A DNA stretch of 64,000 nt from Eledone cirrhosa (taxonomy: Eukaryota): NCBI GenBank assembly GCA_964016885.1, contig OZ024743.1:75144001-75208000 (forward strand), in the 5' to 3' direction. Position numbers and translations under genes: made by a program. Positions 1-11,762 of the stretch are shown here, one piece after another. Within the stretch, counting starts at the first letter, position 1. Every line of letters starts with the position of its first letter. The notes beneath the pieces are model-generated. The model did no database searches and was not told the origin of the DNA. It worked only from the letters and a program-made list of their open reading frames with translations.

Positions 1-300
1 GGTAACTAAATAAAGTTTAACTAGAACTTCAAAAATTATTAATCTTCCTCGTATATATTCCATTAAAGAAATATATTTCACCAATTAATCGATTGGTAAA
101 CGACAGTAGCCAGGTCCTGGATTTTCATCAAGGAAGAGGTCCAACCATCTGTGTTTACGCATCAAGTTCAAATCACCGACTGGCCAGTAACACGTGCTGT
201 ATCCACTAAAAATACACACATCATACCAGCTTCATCCCAGTGGCGTGAATAGGGTTATTGACAACTAGAAACAGCAGTCAAGTCCTTTCAACTGAGTTAG
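1..300. repeat. Dispersed repeat, diverged paralog of 51471-51781
   Basis: Both copies share GGTAACTAA-TAAAGTTTAACTAGA, CATTAAAGAAATATATTTCAC, TCTGTGTTTACGCATCAA and TGGCGTGAATAGG in the same order. Confidence 0.75.
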
Positions 301-465
301 CGGTGGTGGTGGCGGCGGTGGTTGGTGGTGGTGTTGGTGGTGCCCGTGCTGGTGACGATGATGACGATGATGATGATGATGATAACGACGAAGGTGGTGG
401 TGGTAGTGGTGACAGTGGTGGTAGTAGTGGTGACAATGGTGACAGTGGTGACAGTGGTGACATTG
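301..465. repeat. Compound (GGT)n/(GAT)n/(GGTGACAGT)n low-complexity tract
   Basis: Read directly. Confidence 0.9.
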
Positions 466-484
466 TGTAGATGATAGTTAATAA

Positions 485-1096
485 TGGTTTCTGATTTAGG
501 CACAAGGCCCACAATTTGGGGGTAGGGGGAAAGTCAATTAAATTGACTCCAGTGTATTACTGGTACTTTATTTTATCGACCCCGTGAGAATGAAAGGCAA
601 AGGTAACCTTGGCGGGATTTGAACTCAGAACGTAAAGAACCGTAACTCTATGCTACGAAGCACGTTGTTCGATACTCTACCGATACTGGCAATCCACTGC
701 CCTTAGATGATAGTTAATAATTGTTTCTACCTTTGGCACAAGGCCAGCAATTATCCCAGTGTATTACTGGTACTTTACTTTATCGACCCCGTATGGATGA
801 ACGGCAAAGTTAACCTCGGTGGGATTTGAACTCAGACCATAAAGGGCCGTAACTCTTTGCTGCAAAGCATGGCGTCCGACCCTCTACCGATACTGCCAAT
901 CTACCGCCCTTTGATAGTTAATAATTGTTTCTACTTTAGACACAAGGTCAGCAATTAACCAGTACATTACTGGTACTTTATTTTATCGACCCCGTAAGGA
1001 TGAAAGGCAAAGTTAACCTCGGCGGGATTTGAACTCAGGCTGTAAAGGGACGTAACTATGCTAGAAAGCATGGCGTCCAACCCTCTACCGATACTG
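485..1096 (-). mobile_element. Three tandem copies of a tRNA-derived SINE (Meta-SINE-like central domain)
   Basis: Minus strand reads TGGCAGTATCGGTAGAG (A-box-like), GAGTTCAAATCC (B box), then TTTGCCTTTCATCC...GGGGTCGATAAAATAAAGTACCAG. Copies at about 485-702, 719-910 and 923-1096. Confidence 0.85.
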
Positions 1097-2039
1097 AATA
1101 ATACCAAATAATATTAATGTTTGTGTGATGATGTGTAAGAAATGTTGAAGAAACATTAGGGACAAGCTTTCCCTGCACAGTTCCAATGTTGCTACAGATT
1201 AATTTAAACTCATTACCCTGAGTGTCTTTCATTGTTTCTGCATCTCCAATATCGAGCGAGTTTACTTCCGACAGATTCTTCGCTAGTTGTCAGTTTGAAT
1301 TAGAAACTTACACATTGATCTTGTCCATTAGGCCTGTCCTCCTCCTCCTTCAATTGGCTTTGCTCTTATATAAAGAATTAGTTTAGTTCTGTTTCGTGAA
1401 TGTTTTGTTGTTTGTTAACCAAGTAACGTTTAAGACTTCGCAATGTCGGACACCTGTAGTGTGTACAATAGACATAGGCAATTAAATTCTAAAGGATACT
1501 AGTTGGAACTTCGTAATTATTTCTTAGCTAATTTTAGTTATTGGGATTATATTATTTAACTGTTAGGATATTATATATTTATCTTTTACTAATATATTTG
1601 TGATAGATGACCGTGTGATATCTCTATATAACAAATTGTTTCATTTGTTGTTACATAAAGCAAAATGTTGGTTATCCTTCGATAATTAATATAAATTTAA
1701 TTTTCTGCTACCAACCAACATTATATCTTGTCTTTATATAATGCGTAATAGAAAATCACATAGGATTAGAGCCTATGACTGATTTTTAAATAAGTAACAA
1801 GACTCAGATTTGATGTAACTAGCAGTTTAGTTCATGTTTATGGTGATTCAAAATTAAGAACAGAAGCTATATAGAAGTTTCTACACATATTCTGGAAGTC
1901 TTAAGATGGTAGTAAATGTATGGATATTTCCATAATTAATATACACCTCATCTTTCACTAAGTGTTCATTAATTAAACAGTTTTATGCTTAGTGAAATAA
2001 GATCAGACCATATGTCATAACACTACCACTAATCTATCG

Positions 2040-2770
2040 TCACCAAATGATCCTACTGGATCATGAAGCGAGATCAACCGAGTTTGTGGATGATATCCAG
2101 CCATCTTGCCGTGGTCTATCTCGGTGTCTACTGCCACTAAACAGTTTTCCAAATAGTTTTCTCCCAAGAACATTCTGAAATTCATTCCTCACTCTCTGGG
2201 GTGACATCTTTTGATTTTAGCATTGCTTTGGTCTGCAGGAAGGGATTAAATCTTTGACCAGTGCCCTCTACCGAGACCGATGAGATTGCCGTCGTTACTT
2301 TTTGAAAGTTGAAGTTACAAGAATTCTGTGGTATAGAGATTAATGCAGAGCCCGGATGGTGTAGGTAGAGATAATATGTATGACGAGAAGAGAGTCGACT
2401 AATCTGGGAGAGACCCTGATTGGAATTAATACCAGACCTATTGGTTTCAAGAATATAAGGACACTGTAGTAGCGCTAGAAAAAGGCTTACAGAAGAGGCA
2501 GTGTATGTGGTTCGGCTGTAGCAGTGTGTTGATACAGACTTTCCACCAATTAATTGAGTCATGTTTTTTAGATGCGGTCTTAGATGAATGTATGGGTTTA
2601 CAGAAGCTTCATTTGTTCATCTCAACAGAGATGTGTACATGGTTAGTAGTTGTTGGATATTTTCTGGCTCTGAAGAAGGCCAGATTTAGTGGTAAAGTTA
2701 TTGCTATGTTAGAATGGGTATACTGACCTCACCAGTCTCGTGGGGCTTGAGTATGTTCTTGTCGTTGCCT
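2040..2770 (-). pseudogene. Possible highly decayed LINE ORF2 3' fragment(s)
   Basis: Weak motifs on the minus strand (YIHLRPHL near 2575-2600; SRHRDRPR near 2110-2135) with many stops. Confidence 0.3.
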
Positions 2771-3284
2771 CTACATTCCCAGTTTAAAATATATGCAATA
2801 GATAAGTCATTGGTATCATAGTTACATTAAGGTTATATGGAAGTCGTTAAAGCAGTGAAGAACTAACAAAAATTAATCTAAACTATAATAAAGTAAGGAA
2901 TGCAGGACTGCGTCCAGAATATTTTTTTATCCCGTTTGTAAAATAAGTTGGATTACTTTGAATAAATAATTAATGAATATTACATAATTTATCTACTAAA
3001 TTTCGTTATTCTTGATTAAATATAAATAATTTTGTTATTTTAAGATTCATTTCTTTAAAATTTTCAAATGTCAACACATTCGGTTAGCGATCGCTTAAAT
3101 AAACATTCATATATTCCAGTCACTAATTTTTAATGTATCATGGATTACGTTACTGATTACATAAGACAGTGTAACACAGTCTTCGTTCAATTTATGTGTA
3201 TATTGTTAATTACGATTTTATTTGATGTATCATATCTACATGCATATATACTTGCGTATAATATCAATATGTACACTACTCATC

Positions 3285-3322
3285 CTAGCAGAAAACCACC
3301 CGAAGGGTGGTTTTTCCGCTAG
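3285..3322. mobile_element. Hairpin plus CTAG, Helitron 3'-terminus-like
   Basis: CTAGCAGAAAACCACCC-GAA-GGGTGGTTTTTCCGCTAG followed by T. Confidence 0.5.
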
Positions 3323-4203
3323 TGTAAATAATGTCTTCAATTGCTTTAGTGAAATTTCATTAAATTTCAACTTTGTCCCATATTAATAACATTGAGTTTA
3401 CTACATAGGCTACTATTTTAAGTGTGCAGAATCTTTACAGATAAAACTTACAAAGAATTCAAGGATGAAAGGTTATTCTGCAGGATAAACGATAACAAAA
3501 TAATGGACGAAACAAGAAAAATTAATGGCGATAATATTTTTTTACGTAATTCCTCTTGTTTTATTTTTTTCATTCGACATTAGGAAACTAAAATATAAAT
3601 GTCACGTCTAAAACCGTATTATTCAACCGTATTTAATAATAGCCATGTTGTCCATTTTGTGAGGAGGATAGGAGTCACTGATATTTCTATGAATAAACAG
3701 TCTCAGTGTACCCGCACAAGATATGATAACGAAATCGCTAATCAACTTTGCGAGATGTGTTTATAATTCTAATCTGTATTTAAACAAACGATGATATTAT
3801 GGTGTGTTTCGGGTATGTTTTATAGTACTTTGTGCATGTTTTAAAACGATTTAACGCTCCAGAAGTGAGGCGGTTGCGTTGCCAGAATTTTTAATTAGAA
3901 TCATTTCCATTCAGCTTCGAGAAATGTTTAAAAAATGTTTAATTAATCTCATGTACATTAATTTCTCTACCACAAACCACATACTACATCATAAGTTGTA
4001 TATATTGCATGGATATTGTATACATTATCATTTATAATACAATATGCATCTATACATATTATTATGTACATTAGATATACTATTAGATATATTTCTTTTG
4101 TATACGTGCTGAAAATATTTGAGAAGTTTAGAATTGCAATAGAAATAGGAGCTTCGACGAAATATTTTTTATTATAATATAGTCTAATAACATACATACA
4201 TAC

Positions 4204-4608
4204 ATGGTGGCTGCCAACTCGTTTTCGAGTACGGCCACTACTTTTATATCCATGTCGGAGAACCCCTACCGATGCGCTGAACGAGTGTGACTTTTTAGTC
4301 CAGCCAGCGACCTGAAAACTCTGGTACAAACATTACACTTGTGACAATTATTGACACATAGTGCTGGGCCCATGGTACCATGTCACGACAAGTGCAGAGA
4401 GATCTCCAGATATAAAGCAATGCCTGTGCCGTGAAGCTTTTATAGTGAGCAAAGGCACTGCACAAAGCCAGTCCCACTCTCTTAACCAAGATGATATTTA
4501 CCAAAAAGAAGAACAAGTCAACATCATTGGATACCATCATAGTTGCAGGTGTTATATCAGAGTTTTCCTTCTCCTAGAATTCTGCCTTGACAAAGGCTAG
4601 GGGGTCAT
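4204..4608 (-). mobile_element. Non-autonomous RTE-derived retroelement, copy A (5'-truncated)
   Basis: Near-identical to 4691-5098 and 11070-11583. 3' end has an ACTCG-AAAA-CGAGT stem-loop plus (ATGT)n tail; 5' part resembles 18810-19030. Confidence 0.8.
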
Positions 4609-4690
4609 ACATACATACATACATACATACATACATACATACATACATACATACATACATACATACATACATACATACATACATGCATAC

Positions 4691-5098
4691 ATGGTGGCTG
4701 CCAACTCGTTTTCGAGTACGGCCACTACTTTATATCCATGTAGGAGAACCCCTACCGATGCACTGAACGAGTGTGACTTTTTAGTCCAGCCTGCGACATG
4801 AAAACTCTGGTACAAACACTACACTTGTAACAATTATTGACACATAGTGCTGGGCCCATGGTACCATGTGACGACAAGTGCAGAGAGATCTCCAGATATA
4901 AAGCAATGCCTGTGCCGTGAAGCTTTTATAGTGAGCAAAGGCACTGCACAAAGCCAGTCCCACTCTCTTAACCAAGATGATATTTACCAAAAAAAAGAAC
5001 AAGTCAACATCATTTGATACCATCATAGTTGCAGGTGTTATATCAGAGTTTTCCTTCTCCTAGAATTCTGCCTTGACAAAGGCTAAGGGGTCATCTCT
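4691..5098 (-). mobile_element. Non-autonomous RTE-derived retroelement, copy B
   Basis: Tandem with copy A and flanked by (TACA)n on both sides. Confidence 0.8.
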
Positions 5099-5191
5099 CA
5101 TACATACATACATGCATACATACATACATACATACATACATACATACATACATACATACATACATACATACATACATACATACATACATAC

Positions 5192-5918
5192 GTTGAGAAG
5201 GTATAATAGTATATTAAATATCAAATGATACATATTATATATAAATATAGTAAAATAAAAAATATATAATATTTATCTATACATATTATATATTATATAA
5301 TTTATTATATATAAATTAACGATTTATTATACATTATTTACAATTTGCGTGTAGATAGGTCTCTCTGGAAATAGCGATGGGTGGGTAACTGAGGGTCTTA
5401 TGTGGCCGTGAGTGTGTGAGGTGGCACCAAAAGTTTGGGAACATTTGATTTAAATGTTATTTGGATCTATGTTAAGCCTTTGGGTAGAAGCAGTCAATGG
5501 CACTGTCAATATGGAACTTTCTGGAGCCAGTTAGAACTTATCGGCTTTTAACAACAATGACTGAAATCTCATCTGGCATTCACTCAAGTAGTCCAAATGT
5601 TGATCTCAGCACAAATACAGAACACACATTGTGAACCTTTGTTTTATTTTTCCGAAGACCATAGTTTTCTTATTCGGGTGTTATATTCCCTGGTTATTTA
5701 TTCTTCGTCAAATTCCATTATAGGATATATTCTCGAATACTAGCGGCCGAAATAGGGTTCCTCCGAAGGGTCTTTGGAGTAACGTTACTTAATAGAGTGC
5801 GTAGCTCGGAGATCAGAGAGTCACTCCAGGTAGAGCCACTACTTCTCCGAATTGAGAGGTCACAGCTCTGATCTTCCGGACATTGTGGTTAGAATGTCTC
5901 AGGAAAGAATCGATGGAC
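5192..5918 (+). repeat. Inverted paralog of 22828-23444 plus 25182-25275 (MITE part, unique DNA, RTE 3' fragment)
   Basis: Reverse-complement match. 5735-5918 encodes RILAAEIGFLRRVFGVTLLNRVRSSEIRESLQ (RTE C-terminal region). Confidence 0.85.
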
Positions 5919-6073
5919 AGAAGAAGAAGAAGAAGAAGAAGAAGAAGAAGAAGAAGAAGAAGAAGAAGAAGAAGAAGAAGAAGAAGAAGAAGGAGAAGAA
6001 GAAGAAGAAGAAGAAGAAGAAGAAGAAGAAGAAGAAGAAGAAGAAGAAGAAGAAGAAGAAGAAGAAGAAGAAG
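5919..6073. repeat. (GAA)n microsatellite
   Basis: About 50 units. Confidence 0.98.
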
Positions 6074-8048
6074 ATCACAATTACCTTGGGATATTATCCT
6101 AAAGTTAAAGACAGAGAAAGGGGACTCTATTTTCACTGATAAAATAGAATATCACAGGGGTATATTTCAAGGAGACAGTCTCTCTGTGATATTATTTATC
6201 CTGTCATTAAACCCCTTGTCCTTTCTGCTCAAGAAATGTGAAGGATACATCATTGGCTCACAGAAGGACAGAAATACGAACATAACCCATAATTTCATTG
6301 TGGTTGATCTGAAACTCTATGCCAAGGACATAGATGGGATGAAGAAAAATCTTGACCTGGTTACAACATTCTCAAAGAATATAGGAATGGAGTTTGGCCA
6401 AGATAAATGCTCATATATGACTGTAAAGCGGGGTAAAACAACAACCCAATCTAGCAACATTGTCATCAATGGCCTAACTGTTTCGCCGATATCTGATGAG
6501 GACTGCTACAGATACCTGGGGATAGATGAGAACATATTCTATAATGGTATCTGTAACCAAGGAATACTACACCCGATTAAGAAAGATATGGACATCGGAA
6601 CTCACTGCGCACAACAAAACAGTGGCTCACAATGTGTTTGCTGTGCCTGTCCTAACACCAACGTTTGGAATACTCAATTGGACGATAGACGAAATCCGTG
6701 CAATTGATGTTAGAACTCGAAAAATACTAAACAACACCAGAAACTCCCACATCAACAGTGACATAGACCGCCTTTACTTGAAACGTAAGCAGTGAGGCAG
6801 AGGCCTAACATCAGTCCAGATAGCGTTTGAATGTCGCATCATATCCCTCCGACAACATCTACGAACCTCGAAGCGTAGGAGCCCGTATCTCGAGCAAGTC
6901 TATCTGCATTAAACAGATAAGATCATGAGATTGGGAAGGAACTCCTCGAGAGGTATTCTCTGTGTGATAATCAAAACCTCACACGCAGGGAAGTCGCTCA
7001 GCAGTACCGCAGTGAATCCATGGATGAAAAACTGCATGCTTATCAGCAAAAAATCATGCATGGATATGTTGCCAGGAAGCTCTAGAGTGAGAGTAATATA
7101 GATAAAGAAAGTAATCTATCTTAGACCAACAACCGCTATATTGGCTCCCACTTTGAAGGATACGCTTTTGCAATCCAAAAACAGGAAATCAACACGAAAT
7201 ACCTGATTCACAAAAGAGATAGGGATGCAAGAAAAACACCTAGATTTGATAGCAAGTGCAGACTCTGCAGAATTAACATCGAAGATGTCCAACCAAAGAT
7301 GTCATCGCGGTACTATCTTCCTATGAGGCATGATGTAGTGGCCAAAAAACTGTACAATGCGATCCGTAGAAAAGATAATAAACACATTAAAAGCTATAGC
7401 AATGTGGAAGACATCCATATACATAATATGAAAGAGTACTGGTGGAATGTTCCAGCAAAAACGCAAAAAAAATGCAGACATAACAGACCAGATATAATGA
7501 TATGAGACAGGGAAAAGAAGGCATGCATAGTAGTGGAAGTTAGCTGACCAGCAGATGCCAATATAATATCAACGATTAGCGAAAAGGAGAACATTTATGC
7601 AGAACTGATGAGAAATCTGCAGACACTCTACCCTGATAACACCTTCAGATTTATGCCTGTGATTATTGGGGCACTGGGGTATGTTAGTAACTGCTTCAAT
7701 ACAAATCTTGAGAAGCTAGGCTTCACAGGAACAGAAAGAACACAACTAGTTACGAAATTACAAGTACAATCCATTAATGGAACAGTAAAAATATGTAAAA
7801 CATTCCAAAATTGGTGCATCTAATAACTGCATATACACATGTTCAGATACTAAGCATATACACATGCACACATACAACTCAAAACTTACACATCCACACA
7901 TACAATAACATCCATATCTACACATGCAGACGTGCATACATATCTACCTCGTTGATGTTGTGTAAATTCCAATGAGAGAGTCTTGTGTCTATGTTAGAAA
8001 CCGACTCTCTCTCTCTCTAACATTTGTGAAATTATAAAACCAGAAGAA
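6074..8048 (+). mobile_element. R4/Dong-like RLE non-LTR retrotransposon, 5'-truncated and decayed
   Basis: RT motifs GIFQGDSLS, HNFIVVDLKLY (cf. HLLYMDDLKLY) and YRYLG; then CRLC, RHD, RPD and VVEVS restriction-like endonuclease motifs; frameshifts and stops. Confidence 0.85.
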
Positions 8049-8120
8049 CGTATATACGCCACGCACATACATACATACATATACGTACGTACATACAAAC
8101 ATACACACATACATACATAC

Positions 8121-9622
8121 ATGATGGCTTCCCCCTCGTTATCGAGTATGGCCATTGCACGAGGAGAAAAAAAAAATATTAATAAATAAATAAAAAATAA
8201 AATTAAATTAAAAAAAGAAATATATATATATATATACACACATACATATACATATATACACACATATATATACATACACACATATACATTAATAACAATA
8301 ATAATAATAATAACAACAACAATAATAATAACGACAACAACAATAATAATATACATATACATATATATATATACACACACACGCACACACAAAAATATCT
8401 ATACACACACATACACACGATAGCAACTAACAGCGCTGCGATCGAATGTGGCTTTTTAGCCCAGCCAATGATCTAAAATGTCTTGCACAGAGTCGGCAAC
8501 CAAAACATTCACTGGGAATAGCCGGCTGTGGTTGGAGTTCGTGTACTTTTGCATGTCGCTTGAGCCCTCCTGCTGATTTACATTCTCTACCACATGTTTG
8601 GCAAGCATGATGAGTAGCATCTCCAACAGCAGCCTGGTAGTCAACCACTGGTCTTACTTTATGACTGCGAAGATGACTTTCGAGTCCAGCTTTGCTTAGG
8701 CAGAGTCTCGCACAGACGCTGCATGTCAGCACCATAGGAGGACCCTCGCCGTCTGGAAGTGCAACAGCAATGCCCTTCCTCACATCCCGCTTTACTTTCT
8801 CGTATGCGATTCGAGATGCCTCAAAGGCAACTTTTCCCTCATATACAGTCTTTCTCCATTTATTACGATCAGCAGTAATATTTTCCCATGTATCAGCAGA
8901 GATATTAGCATGTTTCAAAGAGGCTTTCAAGGAATCCTTATACCTCTTTTTTGGTTTATGTGGCGGTCGTTTTCCTTTAACCAACTCTCCATAAAAGAGT
9001 TGTTTTGGTATTCTAGAATCCTTCATCCTGGCAAGGTGACCACTCCAACGGAGTCGTTGCTTAAGCACAAGAGCTTCTATACTGTCACACATAGAGCTTT
9101 CCAAAATCTCGACATCACTGATGTGGTCCCTCCAGTGAACGCCATGGATCCGTCTGAGACACATCTGATGGAAACGCTCCAATTGCTTAAGGTGGTGTCG
9201 ATATGTGACCCAGGTCTCGCAGGCATAAAGAAGACAAGAGAGCACACATGCCCTATACACCTTTACCTTTGTCCTCCTGCATATGTCTCGTCGACCCCAG
9301 AGTCGCCTTTCTAGCTTTCCGAAAGCATCACTTGCTTTCCTAATCCTAAGTGAGATTTCACTGTCAAGGTTGCTGTATCGATTGACAGTGCTTCCCAGGT
9401 AGACAAACTGATCAACCACTCCAAGTCGTTTGCCATACACATAGATGTTTGGTTCAGTGTACTGCTTACCAGGGGCAGGTTGGTACATGACGACGGTTTT
9501 CTTGAGACTGACAGTCAAACCTAGGGCAGTGCAAGCGTCAGAAAATGCATTCAAAATGTGCTGCATATCACTCTCTGTGTGCGCTACAAGATCGCAATCA
9601 TCTGCATACAAGAGGTCTCTCT
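8121..9622 (-). mobile_element. RTE-clade LINE, 5'-truncated copy 1 (RT C-terminal part plus three C2H2-like fingers)
   Basis: ORF 8427-~9620: DLLYADDC, FVYLGS, LRWSGHLARM, then CxxC-x12-H-x3-H motifs; 3' stem-loop CTCG-ATAA-CGAG and (ATGT)n tail. Confidence 0.92.
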
Positions 9623-10279
9623 CATACATACATACATACATACATACATACATACATACATACATACATACATACATACATACATACATACATACATACA
9701 CAGACACATACACACACACGCAACCTAACACTTTTGTCAAGAGTTGTTAATGTTGTTGATGTTACTGGTGTTGGTGGTGTTGTTATTGTGTTTGATGTTG
9801 ATGATGCTGTTGGTGTTGGTGTTGATGTTGTTGATGTTGATGGTGCTGGTGATGATGTTGTTGACGTTACTTTACTGTTGATGATGTTGTTGATGATGAT
9901 GATGATGATGATGATGATGAGGGGGAGGAGGAGGAGTTGGAGGAGGAGGGGGAGGAAGAGGATATGACAATTGTTTTTGCTATCACTACAAATGTCATTT
10001 TTTATTGCTCTTGCTTTATTCCATACTTCTATTTCTACAATCATGTTCACTGCCTTCCAGCATCAACTTCCGGTCGGGGGGCATATCCGGTTTCTTCATG
10101 ATTCCTATTGTGATCTTAATAACTGCTTCGTTACTTCAAGACCTGCTTCCACCATTCCTTATTTAGACATTTATTCACGTCTTAGCAATAAAATAAATGT
10201 TTTTGTTGTTTCGTACGGAAAGTTTAGAAACACCAGCAACAATAACTTGGGAATAGTTATTGTATAATGTCTTCATTTC

Positions 10280-10314
10280 ATACACACACATATATATATA
10301 TTCATATATATATA

Positions 10315-10371
<57 letters not shown>

Positions 10372-10375
10372 GTGA

Positions 10376-10463
<88 letters not shown>

Positions 10464-10469
10464 GTGTGA

Positions 10470-10555
<86 letters not shown>

Positions 10556-10573
10556 ATATATATGTTAATATTC

Positions 10574-10615
<42 letters not shown>

Positions 10616-10662
10616 TATATATATATATATATATATGAATATATATATGTTTATATTCATTA

Positions 10663-10698
<36 letters not shown>

Positions 10699-11069
10699 TA
10701 CATACACTCTCATATTCATACATATATACACACATAGGCATACACACTCATATTCATATATACTCATATAGGAATAGATATATACACATATTCATACACA
10801 TATACACACATATGAATTGATATATACACATATTCATACATATATACACACATATGAATACATACATACTCATATTCATACATAGATAGACACATATGCA
10901 TACATACATATTCATATTCATACATATATACACACATATGGATACACACTCATATACATACATAAAAACAAACGTACGTGCACACGTATAAACATACATA
11001 CATACATACATACATACATACATACATACATACATACATACATACATACATACATACATACATACATAC
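10280..11069. repeat. (TG)n, (TA)n and (TACA)n compound microsatellite block
   Basis: Read directly. Confidence 0.95.
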
Positions 11070-11583
11070 ATGGTGGCTGCCAACTCGTTTTCGAGTACGG
11101 CCACTACTTTATATCCAAGTAGGAGAACCCCTACCGATGCGCTGAATGAGTGTGACTTTTTAGTCCAGCCAGCGACTTGAAAACTCTGGTACAAACACTA
11201 CACCTGTGACAATTATTGACACATAGTGCTGGGCCCATGGTACCATGTCACGACAAGTGCAGAGAGATCTCCAGATATAAAGCAATGACTGTGCCGTGAA
11301 GCTTTTATAGTGAGCAAAGGCACTGCACAAAGCCAGTCCCACTCTCTTAACCAAGATGATATTTACTAAAAAGAAGAACAAGTCAACATCATTGGATACC
11401 ATCAGGGTTGCAGGTGTTATATCAGAGTTTTCCTTCTCCTAGAATTCTGCATTGACAAAGGCTAAGGGGTCATCTCTCCCGGTGATTTTGGATGGCCATT
11501 GACTCTTAAGAGCTCCTTTGCCCTTTGACAGGTTTTGTTTTTAGTCCTGCAGGATGTCCAAAGTCACCCGCCTCACCAAGAAA
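11070..11583 (-). mobile_element. Non-autonomous RTE-derived retroelement, copy C (longest)
   Basis: Same family as A and B with about 105 bp extra at the 5' end that can form a hairpin (GGTGACTTTGGA/TCCAAAATCACC); (TACA)n on both flanks. Confidence 0.8.
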
Positions 11584-11706
11584 CATACATACATACATAC
11601 ATACATACATACATACATACATACATACATACATACATACATACATACATGATGGCTGCCCCCTCGTTATCGAGTATGGCCATTGTACGAGAGGAAAAAA
11701 AAAAAA

Positions 11707-11761
<55 letters not shown>

Positions 11762-11762
<1 letters not shown>

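Noticed and set aside
8427-8730. Host C2H2 zinc-finger gene
   Set aside because: Fingers are in frame with RT, lack TGEKP linkers and are followed by a LINE tail.
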